This document shows, piece after piece, positions 1-10,600 of a stretch of DNA of 64,000 bases (within the stretch, counting starts at the first letter, position 1; the number at the start of each line of letters is the position of its first letter). Below the pieces are notes generated by a model, which did not search any database, was not told where the DNA came from, and saw only the letters and a program-made list of their open reading frames with translations. Position numbers and translations under genes: made by a program. Location: the IMG/VR virus record IMGVR_UViG_3300050343_000191, positions 124,001 to 188,000 of that record. One strand, 5' to 3'.

Positions 1-1276
1 ATCCAATTGGTTGTGTAGAACCAATACTTACATTAGAAATCTTAAGAATGTGAGTGTCTTGATCATATTCCTTGACTCTTGCTCGTATCATAGACCTAGA
101 TCCCATAACAATTTCATTAAAGAGATATGTTCCAAGACCTGCTAAAGTTTCTGGGTCTGCAATTGTAACTGTTGGTGCGTTACTATATCCTCTTCCAGGA
201 TCTTTGACGTAAATTGATTTGAGAATACGACTGGATCCATCAATACCAATAGAAGCGATACCAACTGCAGTATGTGCAATACCACTTGCTGGTGGACCTG
301 TAATGGTTACGGTTGGTGCAGTGCCGTAACCAACGCCACCATCTTGAATACTAAATCTAATTACACCTTGACCACTAGTTTCAATGGATGCAGTTGCTGC
401 TGCTCCAACACCACCACCTCCAGTAATCGTAATTGATGGTGGTGTTGTATATCCTGCACCAGCATTTGTCATCAAAATCTTTTCAATCGAGGTAACTCTA
501 CCTCTTGTTGTCAAGAATCCAACAGCAGTAGCATTATCACCAATTTGTCCTGTTGGTGAAGATGATATTCCGATGATCGGAACTGAGGTAAATCCACTTC
601 CATCATTATCTAGATGAATTGTTCTTAGATAACCACTTGGAGTTGAACCACTAATTAATGCTGTTGCAGTAGCAGTTCTACCAACCCCAATTAATTGAAG
701 TGTAGTAATATATCCTTCATCCTGAACCTGAGTATCGATTGTTTCAATAGTTGTATCGATAACTTCGTCTTCATATTCAAAGAGTTCACATTTGAGTTGA
801 TAAACGTAGTTCTTTCCTAATTGAAAGAATGGATCTTCATGCTCAACAAATTTTACTTCAAATAATCTTTGACCTAATGGAAAATATACTAAATCTCCCT
901 CTCTGGGGCGAGTAGGAGTAGGCATAATGGAATCATCAGTTCCATCATCTTGTCCTGCCATAAATGGCGCAATAAAATCTTCAAATCTTTCTTTAGATAG
1001 TGTAATGATTAACTCATCTCTTACACTTACCCCAAATTTTGTTAGGATATCTCCTGCTCCACCATATCCTTCAAAAGTATTGACATATGCTTCAATAGAA
1101 AAATTATCATCAAACTTTGATGTCTGTACTTCTTCAATAACTGTCTTTGTATTGACGTATTTTCTTGGAATATAAGTTACTTCAACACCATGAAAAGACA
1201 GATGCTCGTTTATTAGATCTTGGACTAATCTCTGTTCAGATGCAGTCCCTTGTAAGAAAAAAGGATTAAGTGCCAT
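1..1276 (-). CDS. gp14: Neck protein gp14 (3' end runs off the window)
   Basis: Not in the ORF track. ATG at 1276 overlaps the gp13 stop (TAATG) and reads MALNPFFLQGTASEQRLVQDLINEHLSFHGVEVTYIPRKYVN. The frame stays open where checked toward position 1. T4 gene order is 13-14. Confidence 0.9.
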   Translation of the reverse strand, partial: MALNPFFLQGTASEQRLVQDLINEHLSFHGVEVTYIPRKYVNTKTVIEEVQTSKFDDNFSIEAYVNTFEGYGGAGDILTKFGVSVRDELIITLSKERFEDFIAPFMAGQDDGTDDSIMPTPTRPREGDLVYFPLGQRLFEVKFVEHEDPFFQLGKNYVYQLKCELFEYEDEVIDTTIETIDTQVQDEGYITTLQLIGVGRTATATALISGSTPSGYLRTIHLDNDGSGFTSVPIIGISSSPTGQIGDNATAVGFLTTRGRVTSIEKILMTNAGAGYTTPPSITITGGGGVGAAATASIETSGQGVIRFSIQDGGVGYGTAPTVTITGPPASGIAHTAVGIASIGIDGSSRILKSIYVKDPGRGYSNAPTVTIADPETLAGLGTYLFNEIVMGSRSMIRARVKEYDQDTHILKISNVSIGSTQPIG

Positions 1277-2139
1277 TATCCAATAAAGTCGAGAGGTGGC
1301 ATTTCATATTCCATAGTCATACGAGATTTAATATCACTTAATTCTTGTTCTGCTTGCTGTAAAATTTCACCACCATTTAGTTCAATTCCACCAGGAAGTT
1401 TTACTCCTCGGAACTTACTAAGATTTCTTCCCCACTGACGCTTAATAACTGCTGTCAAATATCTCTTGACAAAACTATCATTATAAACTTGTGAGAATGA
1501 TTCTGGATCAAGTGCTCTATAGCACTCAAGTACAATAAAATTACCTGCACTCTGCGATCCCCAATCTATATCCAAATATAATCTATCTTGCCTCTTATTA
1601 AATCTGATCTGTTTGTCTGTCGTTAATAAATGATCTATAGATTCAAGATATGATTTCGTCATAGAATATTGAAGAAGTTCAACTGAATTGAAATAATAAA
1701 GATCATTCAGGAACATTTGATACTTGATACTAAACATCCCACCAGAGATTGAACTAGTATCAAATTTAAAAAGTCTTTCTACTCCAATTACGGAATCTGG
1801 AACTTGTATGAAATTTGAGTTTTCATAGAAGTTGAAAGTAGTTGCAGCAATTCCAGTAGAAGTTGCTGTAGTAGTTACAATACCAACTCCAGTTTTACCA
1901 TTTACTTGATTGCCAGATGCAATATCTACACCTTTTCCTCTATCAATATCATCTTGAGAAATTTCGTACTTGAGGTACATTTTCTCAACACCGTCATAAT
2001 GACGCTCATTAAAATATTGAATGGTATCATCAACCAGATCATCAATTTGATCATCATCCACGTTGATTTCCAACACTGGAGCACCAAGTTGACGCAAACA
2101 ATAATCTATTAATCCTTGTCTAGTTGACGGTTTTGCCAT
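1276..2139 (-). CDS. gp13: Neck protein gp13
   Basis: N-terminus MAKPSTRQGLIDYCLRQLGAPVLEINVDDDQIDD and C-terminal KRQWGRNLSKF...GGIELNG are typical of T4-like gp13. Confidence 0.92.
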   Translation of the reverse strand: MAKPSTRQGLIDYCLRQLGAPVLEINVDDDQIDDLVDDTIQYFNERHYDGVEKMYLKYEISQDDIDRGKGVDIASGNQVNGKTGVGIVTTTATSTGIAATTFNFYENSNFIQVPDSVIGVERLFKFDTSSISGGMFSIKYQMFLNDLYYFNSVELLQYSMTKSYLESIDHLLTTDKQIRFNKRQDRLYLDIDWGSQSAGNFIVLECYRALDPESFSQVYNDSFVKRYLTAVIKRQWGRNLSKFRGVKLPGGIELNGGEILQQAEQELSDIKSRMTMEYEMPPLDFIG

Positions 2140-2140
2140 A

Positions 2141-2326
2141 TTAACCTTCTAATTTTGCTTTGAGGTCTGCATTTTCTTCAAGCAAAGCATCAGTTTGTTC
2201 CTTAAAATCTTGTGCCAAAGTTGCTAACTTTGCTTCAAGAAGAACGTTTTGATTTGATACTGCTGCTAATTTAGAATTGTATATTTTAATGAGAACATTA
2301 ACATCCACTTCACTTTGATTTTCCAT
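2141..2326 (-). CDS. Small coiled-coil hypothetical protein
   Basis: 61-aa ORF tightly packed in the structural operon; heptad-like L/A pattern. Confidence 0.75.
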   Translation of the reverse strand: MENQSEVDVNVLIKIYNSKLAAVSNQNVLLEAKLATLAQDFKEQTDALLEENADLKAKLEG

Positions 2327-2334
2327 TAACTACC

Positions 2335-4050
2335 TCAGAATGTGCCCCCATCAAGTGTTGAAGTCCAATGAGGTTTATTAGTATATATGGGAGTAACTGA
2401 GTTTGGAACTGAGGAAAGATTTGCAATAAATCCATTCGCACCTTCCTTTCTTAGATTCTGCCCTGCTTGGAATCCACCACCCTCTACACCAATCAGACTT
2501 ACTGTTGTTGCACCAGAAACACCAGTCTCAACAACACCATATGCATTTGAAGTATCTTGTCTGATAATATCACCAGCAGATACTGTAATTGCAACTGATA
2601 ACACTAAAGTTTCTTTTGTAATAGCAGTTAGAATCTGCTTAGAGGTTGCTACTGGGGTCGCTACTGCATTTGTAGACCTTTGAAGTCCAGTACTATCAAA
2701 ATATGCAACACCACCAGTTGCATAATCTCCAGACTGATAGTAGAGACCTTTAATATCAAGGAAACCTTTAGTTCCACTTACAACACTATTTGCAATACTT
2801 GCATCAGGAACATAAACCCATCTTCTACTATCATCTGCGTGAGTTCCGTGATTATTAACCCCTGCAGTGCTAGTGGCAATGGAGTCATCCTCCATACCAA
2901 AGAATCCAACTTTGTTGTTAGATGCTCCAGAACTTGTATTGAAGGCGAATGAAATACCTCTATCAGTGTTACTATCGTATGCGTGGGTGATAGTTACCTG
3001 AGTTGTGGTACTGATACCAGCGTTTGTAGCATTACTGATAGTAATTGCTTTGGTACCAGGATTATATGCAGTAACTGTGGTACTATTTGGAATACCTGCA
3101 GCAGCAGTAATTCCATCACCAGTATTGATACCAACAATAGAATCAAGAATCAGTGAAGTTGCACCACTGCTGGCTTCTGCCATAACAGTTCTAGTGCTAG
3201 TTACATCACCAATATGGAAGATTGGATCATTGAGGGTAGAAGTTGTTGAGTTAACAGTAGTTGTTGTACCATCAACTTGAAGATTTCCCTTAACAATAAC
3301 AGTACCTTCATTACTTAACCCATCAGGATATGGATCAATGTAAATGGTATCACTACTACCTGGTGTACTAGAAATAATATTATCTTCAATTTTAATTTGA
3401 TCAAAGGTTGAGTTACCAGCAACGCTGAAGTTTCCACCAACGTTTAAGTTTTTCTCAATACCTACACCACCTTCTACAATTAATGCACCAGTATCCTTAT
3501 CAATAGAATCTGTAGTAACATTAATTCGGAGATCTGCACCAGTATAAGTTAACTGGTTAACTCCGTTTTCATCATATTCAAATTTTGCATCTTTATCGTC
3601 GCCAAATGATAGGAAAGTATCATCTGGAATATGAATTTCACCAGAACCGTGAGGATCTAGTTTAATATCTCCATCAGTATCGGTTGATGAAATTATATTT
3701 CCATCAATTCTAATATTATCTACGTTCCACTGGTCAACCTTAAGTGATTCTGCACCACTTAATCCAGAGTTAGTTGCAGGTGCCATAATGGCAACAACAC
3801 CTCTGTCTTGGTTTCTTGTGTTATGAGAAGCAGCTGGAATATTTCCAGGAGCGTGCTCCATCATTGAGGTATAGTAAAAACCACCAACTGCATTGGAGTT
3901 TGTACCATCGTCTCCAAGGAATATCCTATCTTTGTATTGGTTGATTCCCCCGTAACTACCAATACCAGTTACGTATCCAAGTTCACCCCATTGTAAACTG
4001 GCTGGTTTGCTAGTACCTGAGGATCTTTTAATCCTAATAATACTTGCCAT
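2335..4050 (-). CDS. Fibre/whisker-like virion structural protein
   Basis: N-terminus IRIKRSSGTSKPASLQWGELGY resembles an Mtd_N-like fibre head. It has GALIVEGGVGIEKNLNVGG fibre repeats and a C-terminal LDGGTF. Confidence 0.75.
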   Translation of the reverse strand: MASIIRIKRSSGTSKPASLQWGELGYVTGIGSYGGINQYKDRIFLGDDGTNSNAVGGFYYTSMMEHAPGNIPAASHNTRNQDRGVVAIMAPATNSGLSGAESLKVDQWNVDNIRIDGNIISSTDTDGDIKLDPHGSGEIHIPDDTFLSFGDDKDAKFEYDENGVNQLTYTGADLRINVTTDSIDKDTGALIVEGGVGIEKNLNVGGNFSVAGNSTFDQIKIEDNIISSTPGSSDTIYIDPYPDGLSNEGTVIVKGNLQVDGTTTTVNSTTSTLNDPIFHIGDVTSTRTVMAEASSGATSLILDSIVGINTGDGITAAAGIPNSTTVTAYNPGTKAITISNATNAGISTTTQVTITHAYDSNTDRGISFAFNTSSGASNNKVGFFGMEDDSIATSTAGVNNHGTHADDSRRWVYVPDASIANSVVSGTKGFLDIKGLYYQSGDYATGGVAYFDSTGLQRSTNAVATPVATSKQILTAITKETLVLSVAITVSAGDIIRQDTSNAYGVVETGVSGATTVSLIGVEGGGFQAGQNLRKEGANGFIANLSSVPNSVTPIYTNKPHWTSTLDGGTF

Positions 4051-4051
4051 G

Positions 4052-4279
4052 TCAGAAATTGCCTCCGTTGATGTCTAAATTCTGCGTTGCGCCCGGTGTC
4101 AGGGTAAGAGTTGCTTCCCATTTTCTGATGCTGCTGTTATACACAAGCACCATACCATTCTGCAAGTTTGAAGCACTAACATCACTGAGTTCTGCCAAAG
4201 AAAGTCCTTGAGCACCTGCAAGAGAAGATATTACCTTTACTGCTGGTTGTTGACCTACTCTGACTTTAATTTCAGCCAT
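4052..4279 (-). CDS. Small structural hypothetical protein
   Basis: 75 aa; LAELSDV...GMVLVYNSS...KWEA fibre-type repeat; ends LDINGGNF; late promoter just upstream. Confidence 0.75.
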   Translation of the reverse strand: MAEIKVRVGQQPAVKVISSLAGAQGLSLAELSDVSASNLQNGMVLVYNSSIRKWEATLTLTPGATQNLDINGGNF

Positions 4280-4307
4280 TGATTATATACAGATCAGAAT
4301 GTAAATA

Positions 4308-4315
4308 TATTTATA
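4308..4315 (-). promoter_or_regulatory. T4-type late promoter TATAAATA
   Basis: Exact gp55 consensus about 30 nt upstream of the ATG at 4279. Confidence 0.8.
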
Positions 4316-4490
4316 TTCCTTGAAGTCCCAATCCACTCACAACTTCTTGTTGCTTTAGATATAGTTTTGCATATGATTTTGCAATATCTCTCAAAGTATC
4401 ATTATCATCGCAGGAATCAATCTCTCTGGATAATTTTGCATATTCAAAATTTTTAGAAACTTTATCTAATATAATATCATTTGGGTCCAT
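4311..4490 (-). CDS. 59-aa NblA-like helix-loop-helix protein (candidate)
   Basis: Below the track cutoff. Hand translation: MDPNDIILDKVSKNFEYAKLSREIDSCDDNDTLRDIAKSYAKLYLKQQEVVSGLGLQGI. It fills the gap between its neighbours. The size and hydrophobic pattern resemble NblA. Confidence 0.45.
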   Translation of the reverse strand: MDPNDIILDKVSKNFEYAKLSREIDSCDDNDTLRDIAKSYAKLYLKQQEVVSGLGLQGI

Positions 4491-4692
4491 TTGCTATCTC
4501 CCTTAGTAGTGATTTAATTTCTTCAATATCATCTTTAATTGTATCAAGTTCCTCTCTTTCTGTCTGCCTTCTTTTTTTCATTCTCATATATTGAGAATAA
4601 CCGGCACTATCGGTATTAATGATAGCGCCAGTGCTTTTATCTCTGAAGAGATTCTGCTCATTTTCAACCTGTATTAGATCTTTATCTTCCAT
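4477..4692 (-). CDS. Hypothetical protein (likely start MEDKDLIQV)
   Basis: ATG at 4692 lies directly after the upstream stop at 4694; C-terminal coiled coil. Confidence 0.75.
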   Translation of the reverse strand: MEDKDLIQVENEQNLFRDKSTGAIINTDSAGYSQYMRMKKRRQTEREELDTIKDDIEEIKSLLREIANGPK

Positions 4693-4693
4693 A

Positions 4694-7600
4694 TTATGCA
4701 AGAGCAATTGCTCTGAAATCTTTCAATTGTACTGGTGTTGATTCATTAGTAGACGACATAACAACTTTAATTGCAAATGCCGTAAACTGATCAACATTAT
4801 TTACACTGAATTGATATTCACTAAATCCTTCTTTATCATCTGCAGCAACAAAAGCATCTGCTCTTCCGCTACTCTTTTCAGGATCAATTATGCGATCTCC
4901 AAATCCATCACCATCATCATCAATTAGATTATCATATCCAGGGAATGGGATAAACTTCTGGTCAATTTCGCTAGAATCTGCTTTAATTAATTGATAAAGA
5001 ACGCGGAAATCTGCATCCTCTTGTCTATTTGCTGCAATATAAATCTTGAGACTTGTTGCAGGTTGTGCAAGAGAAATTTGTTTGGTTACAAATACTGCTC
5101 CGTGAGGATCATTTTCAATTAGATTTGCTCTAGAATCATCAACATAATCTTTTACCGGTGCATTGGATTTGTTTCTACCAAGTATAAATGTTGCATTCTG
5201 AATATCCATTACAGGAGATAGATTTTCATCTTCACTTGTAAATTCAACTCTCATAGATAGTGACTTATTACTTGGAAGCACTCCAAGTCGTTCAATTTCA
5301 TTAACTTTTGAAGCAACCATCCTAGGTGTATCGAAATGTATAACCTTGTTTAAAGTTATTGGTTCAAATCCTTGATCAATAAAGGAAACCTCATTTCCGC
5401 CAGCACTTGTTCCAGATACAGTTCTGATCAAGGAACTTGATTTAGTTCCTTTACCTGGAGTGATAATATTAAACATTGCTTCAATATTACTGAACTGATA
5501 ATTCTGGGAGATTCCAACCGTGTTTCCACCAAATCCTTTTCTAGACTCGAAGTTAATCATTCCAGATCCAGAACCTCTTGAAGTCGGAGATGCTGTGGTT
5601 CTATCAAATTCAATATAATAATTATCTAGATTTGAATTTTCATCAGTATAATATGTTGCTGGGATGTTATGTGAAGTATTAATTCTTGTTAAAGATACTC
5701 CATTAACCTCATAAGGTTGGATGAATTCTCCCGTAGTATGTGAAGACTTAACAGAATTTCCTATTGCTCTGGCATCAATCGATAAAGTGCCCGCATCTCC
5801 TGCTCCAGCACTAATACTATTATAGGAAATGATTTCATTATTAAGAAGTGCATAACCACGACTTGTACTGATTCCTTCAAAGGTTCCAAACAGTGACGTA
5901 TTAGCAACAGCAACTACACCATCAGTTTCTCCGAAAGTTCCTGTGATGGTAGTTTTTCCAGTATCTGGAAGAATGTCCTCAATTGAGATCTTATTATTTC
6001 CACCATGATGTGCATGATTATGTTGCTTGATTCTGAAAATATTTCCACTGTAAATATCATCAATTAAAGTGGATGATCCATTAACAGTAACATCAGCAGT
6101 TACTCTTGTTGCTTCGTTTGAGGGATCTCCATAGTAGAAGAGATTTAGAGTATTTGTGAAGTTTTCTCCTTGAACATTGGTTAAGTAGAGAGTATCTGCA
6201 TTTCCAATTCCAGTAAGAGTAAATCTAGCACCTTTACCTGCTCGTTTTGTTACTGCCATAGTTGACGTAACAATTCCAACAGTTTCACCTTCAACATATC
6301 CAGTACCAACAGTGGTAATATTTACACCTTCAACACTACCAAAAGAGTTAATGGTTAATGTTGCTTTGGCACCAGTTCCTTTACCAGTCAAAGATACTAA
6401 ATCAACATTGGCAATTGATGCACTAGGTTTATAACCAGTACCACTACTTGCAATTGAAACATTCCCTGTTCCAGAAACTGATGGACCACCAAGATTTTCA
6501 ACGATTCCATTAACACTTGGTGCTGTCGCACCTTCAGCAACTTTTACACCAGATATAACACCTGCGTTAAGTGTTCCAGAAACTGGAAGTTTTAATTTTC
6601 TAGGCAAACCTTCGATTGGATTGTCCTCAAGAATAGCAGAGTTATCACCCTTTGGAAGTATGTCACTATTGTAGAAGGTAAGTGCTCCAGAAGGAACAAA
6701 CTTTGCTTTATACAGTTTGAATGTTAAATCTTGATACTGACTTGCAGTCCAAATTGTACCATTCTGAGATTTAAACAGAGAACCGCCAATATATTGCTTA
6801 GTAACAACCACATTTTGAACATCTGGAAGATTTGTTGTTCTAACAGTCTTCTTGCCCATGGTTGCTGTCCACATTTCATATCCATCAGATGCAGGGGATA
6901 AAATAACAATAGCATATTCAGTATCTGCTTCCAGATAAACTGGTGATGGGAATCTTACTCTTGTAGCAACAGGTTCAAATGGATTTGCTTCATTGATATT
7001 AATCTGTTCAGGATTCAATGCAACCTGGGTATAGTCTTGAACCAGGAAAGATGTTGGCGTACCTAACTCCATAGTTCTGAGTTCAACAAAGATTTTTGCG
7101 CCAGGATCTTTTACTGCGAAAAATAGATCAAATGATGTTAGGAAACATCCCTTTCCATCTACAGTAAAGGATTGTGCAAGTGGATCTCTATGCGGTGCCT
7201 TAACTTTAACCTCAACTTCAGTCTTCCTTCTCTTTGGTTTGGGTGGATTTCTAACAGAAACCCGACTAGTCTCTTGTGTCAAGATAGTTCCAGATCCGCT
7301 GTAAGATCCAATTGCCTCAGAAGCAAATACTGTAGATCCAGGAAGAACTACCGTATTTGGTGGAACTGCAGTAACCTTAACTGTTTTAGTTCCACTCTTA
7401 ACTCTTATTGCTGGTCTTGGATTTGAATTTGGATTCCTGAAGAAAAAGTTTGCAATAATATCTCCCCAGTTATCAGAAACTAACTCTGCCCTAGTAATAG
7501 TGCAAACTGCTCCACTAGTCTTTCCAACTACTTTAGCGCCCTTTTCAACGTAACCATAGAATGGTGCGGTTGGGTTTGCAAGCCATCTTACGCCAAAGTT

Positions 7601-10600
7601 AATGAGTTTAGATGTTGGAGAATATGTATCTCCTGGTCCAGGTCTATTTCTATCATATGGATCAACCTGATATTCTTCAACATAAACTGCAGGAGAACCC
7701 AATCCAGCACCAATGTCTGGTCTCGATTTATCACCAAACTTGTGGTTTGGTTTTTGGATTCTCATCACACCAATCTTTCTGCCAGTAGAATCAAAAACAT
7801 CTGCATGTTCATAGATTCTGAAGGTTCCGGATTGCATTTCAATTTCACATACCTTCGGAATAATATCGACTTGCTGACTATCAAGATACAAATAGTGCTT
7901 AGAGTATGGTCTCAGACCATTAGCAGCAAAGAAAACATTTCTTGAGCGCATCCAAGGATCTGCTTCACCAGAAATTTTTACATCTTCAACATAATTAAAC
8001 TCTCTTGCAGGTCCTTTAAGTTTTGGTTTAAACTTAGTTTTGGTTGTAATTGTTGTAGTAGTAAATGCTCTCTTCTTCTTTTCTCCTCTACCACCACCTT
8101 TTTTGTAAGTAACATATTCAGTTTTCTTATCAACATCTCTAGTTACTGTTGCCTCTTGCTTCCACTGAGCACCTGTTGATTCAGTTCTATGATCATCAAG
8201 ATATATTGTTCTGACCCAGTTATCAGATGCTGGATCCAAAACAACACCACCAACAAAAACAATAACATTAAATGGGTTTACATTTTCAACATTAGTAGCA
8301 TGTGGTTGATTTAACCAATCTACTTCTTCATACTTAAGTGTAAGAAGATCTCCAGTTTTCTGAATGTTTGGATCTAATAATTTAAGATTTTGACTAAGAT
8401 CGGTTGTTGTAACATCAATTCCTGGATCTAATGCCAATTCTGCTGCCATAGACCAGAAATCAACAGGTGCAATACACATAGCACCTTCTTTGGATATATC
8501 CACTGTTGACAAACGTGGATCCATCAATGACTTATCTCTAAAGTCACTAACAATAAATCCACTCTTAAATCTACTAAGACCGTTAGCATCTGTTACATCT
8601 AATGTCTTAGTACTCAGTTCGAGAAGAGATAGACTGGTTACTTCTTCTAGGTTTTCAATTCTATCTTCAAGTTTTCCAATATCACGCATCGTGAATCTTC
8701 TATTATCACGAAGAAGAATTTTAGGATCCTTGGTTGCACTATACAAATATGGAGGTAACAGAATTTGTGCAACTTCCATTGCATCATCGGTAAGAACTGG
8801 TGCCTGAGGAGTATCAGCAGGTTCTCCTTTAATAACTTCAATTTCACCCAGACGATTGATGCTAACTAAATCAATTCTAGGTAGATAGTAACTATACCCT
8901 AAGAATGAAGTTTCATCTGGCGAAACAACGTACTTATAATTGTATTCATACTGTCTAATATTAAATGCAAATGGAGACGCATTTGTAGAAGGATCAAACT
9001 CTTTGACTCTAGGTCTGAAGTCTAAGAGATCGGAACATCGTAAACCATTTGGCAATGTTGGGATATCACTGGTAAATCTATCCTGCGAATAGGAATTTAC
9101 AGTGAAAATATCGCCAGTATTATTTGATCCAACTTTATATGAATCAAATACAATTAGCAGTTGTCTAGAAGGTACTGCACTACCCTTTCTTCTAATAATT
9201 CTAGAATAGTCGCAGAATTGATGACGATGACCCTTATCTAATCTATAATTTGCAGTTCTGTCACTGTAACTACCTGGTGTTATTTCTTGAATTACACTCT
9301 CGATGGCAGAATTTTTAAACTTGACGGATTCTCCAACAGAGAAATTATTAGTATTCAGTTTTACATATTCAATACCATTTGCAGTCGTATTTACAACTTG
9401 TGCTACTGCTCTACTATCCTGTCCTACAATTTTTTCACCCACAATCGCATTCTGATCCAAAGAAAGACCAGTTGCAAAAGTCAACTTATCAAGAACAGGT
9501 GCTGCAGTATTAGTTGATTCATAAATTGCACGTACATTTACAACATCAGGTACGTTCAGTGAAATTTCATTATCTTCAATTCTAGTTCCATAGAACTTAG
9601 AAGTTGTAAGACCAACTGTTGAAGTTGCTCCAGTAGTTCTGACAATTGATACCTTATTTGATCTTGCAAAGTCCTTCGTCTTGTTAGTTACACCTCTTTT
9701 CTTTAGAGTTGCCTGGACAGTAACTGCACCATTAGCAAGACCACTGAAAGTTACAGAGTTGCCGTTAGCACCTAATGCAAAGTTTCCACTATTAAGTGCA
9801 ATTGGAGATCCATTATTGTCAGTAATTGTATATCTCTCAGCATCAAATGATTCAAAGAATACACTAGTAATTCCTGCACTTACATCTACAGCATCAGCAA
9901 CTTGCAAAGTGAGAGTACCACCTGCAACAGTCTGACCTGTAATCTGTTTCGTAATTGTAAGATCAGCATTTGCTAAGTCAACAGTTGCAGTATTCTCTAC
10001 TGGCATTGTTGCGTAGAGACCATTTGATCCGTATTGGCGGATTCTTGGAACCATCAATGAGAAATTATATTGACCATTATCTACACTGCTTTTGTTTACA
10101 CCACCAACAGCTGTTGGTGCTGCTCCTAAAGTTACTGCAGTTCCATCAGCACGGATTGCATTGACAACATTAAAGTTTGGATCTCCACCTGTTTGGTACT
10201 TAATTATACTACCAAGTTTAATACCACCCTCACCATCTTGGAAGTTTCTTCCAGAAACTTTACCAGTATTACTGCCACTGATAACTAACTGATCCTTTAC
10301 ACCAAATCTTTCAAGCTCTTGCTCATAAAGAACAGTATCTGCAACGAAATTTGTAAGTAAAGCACTATTTAATCCGTTAGAATCTTGGAATACTGATTTA
10401 ATATCTGAAGTATCATAGATTGCCATCCCTGTGATACCAGTCTTAAATTTAGGATTCTCATTGATGATTACTTGCTCACCAATTAAAAATCTTCCCGAAG
10501 TCTGAGTAAGACTATAATCATTGGTTGCAATAACTGAAACATACCCAGTTGCACCACTAGACAAACCTCTAATATATGAAGTGACAGGTACGTCACCAGT

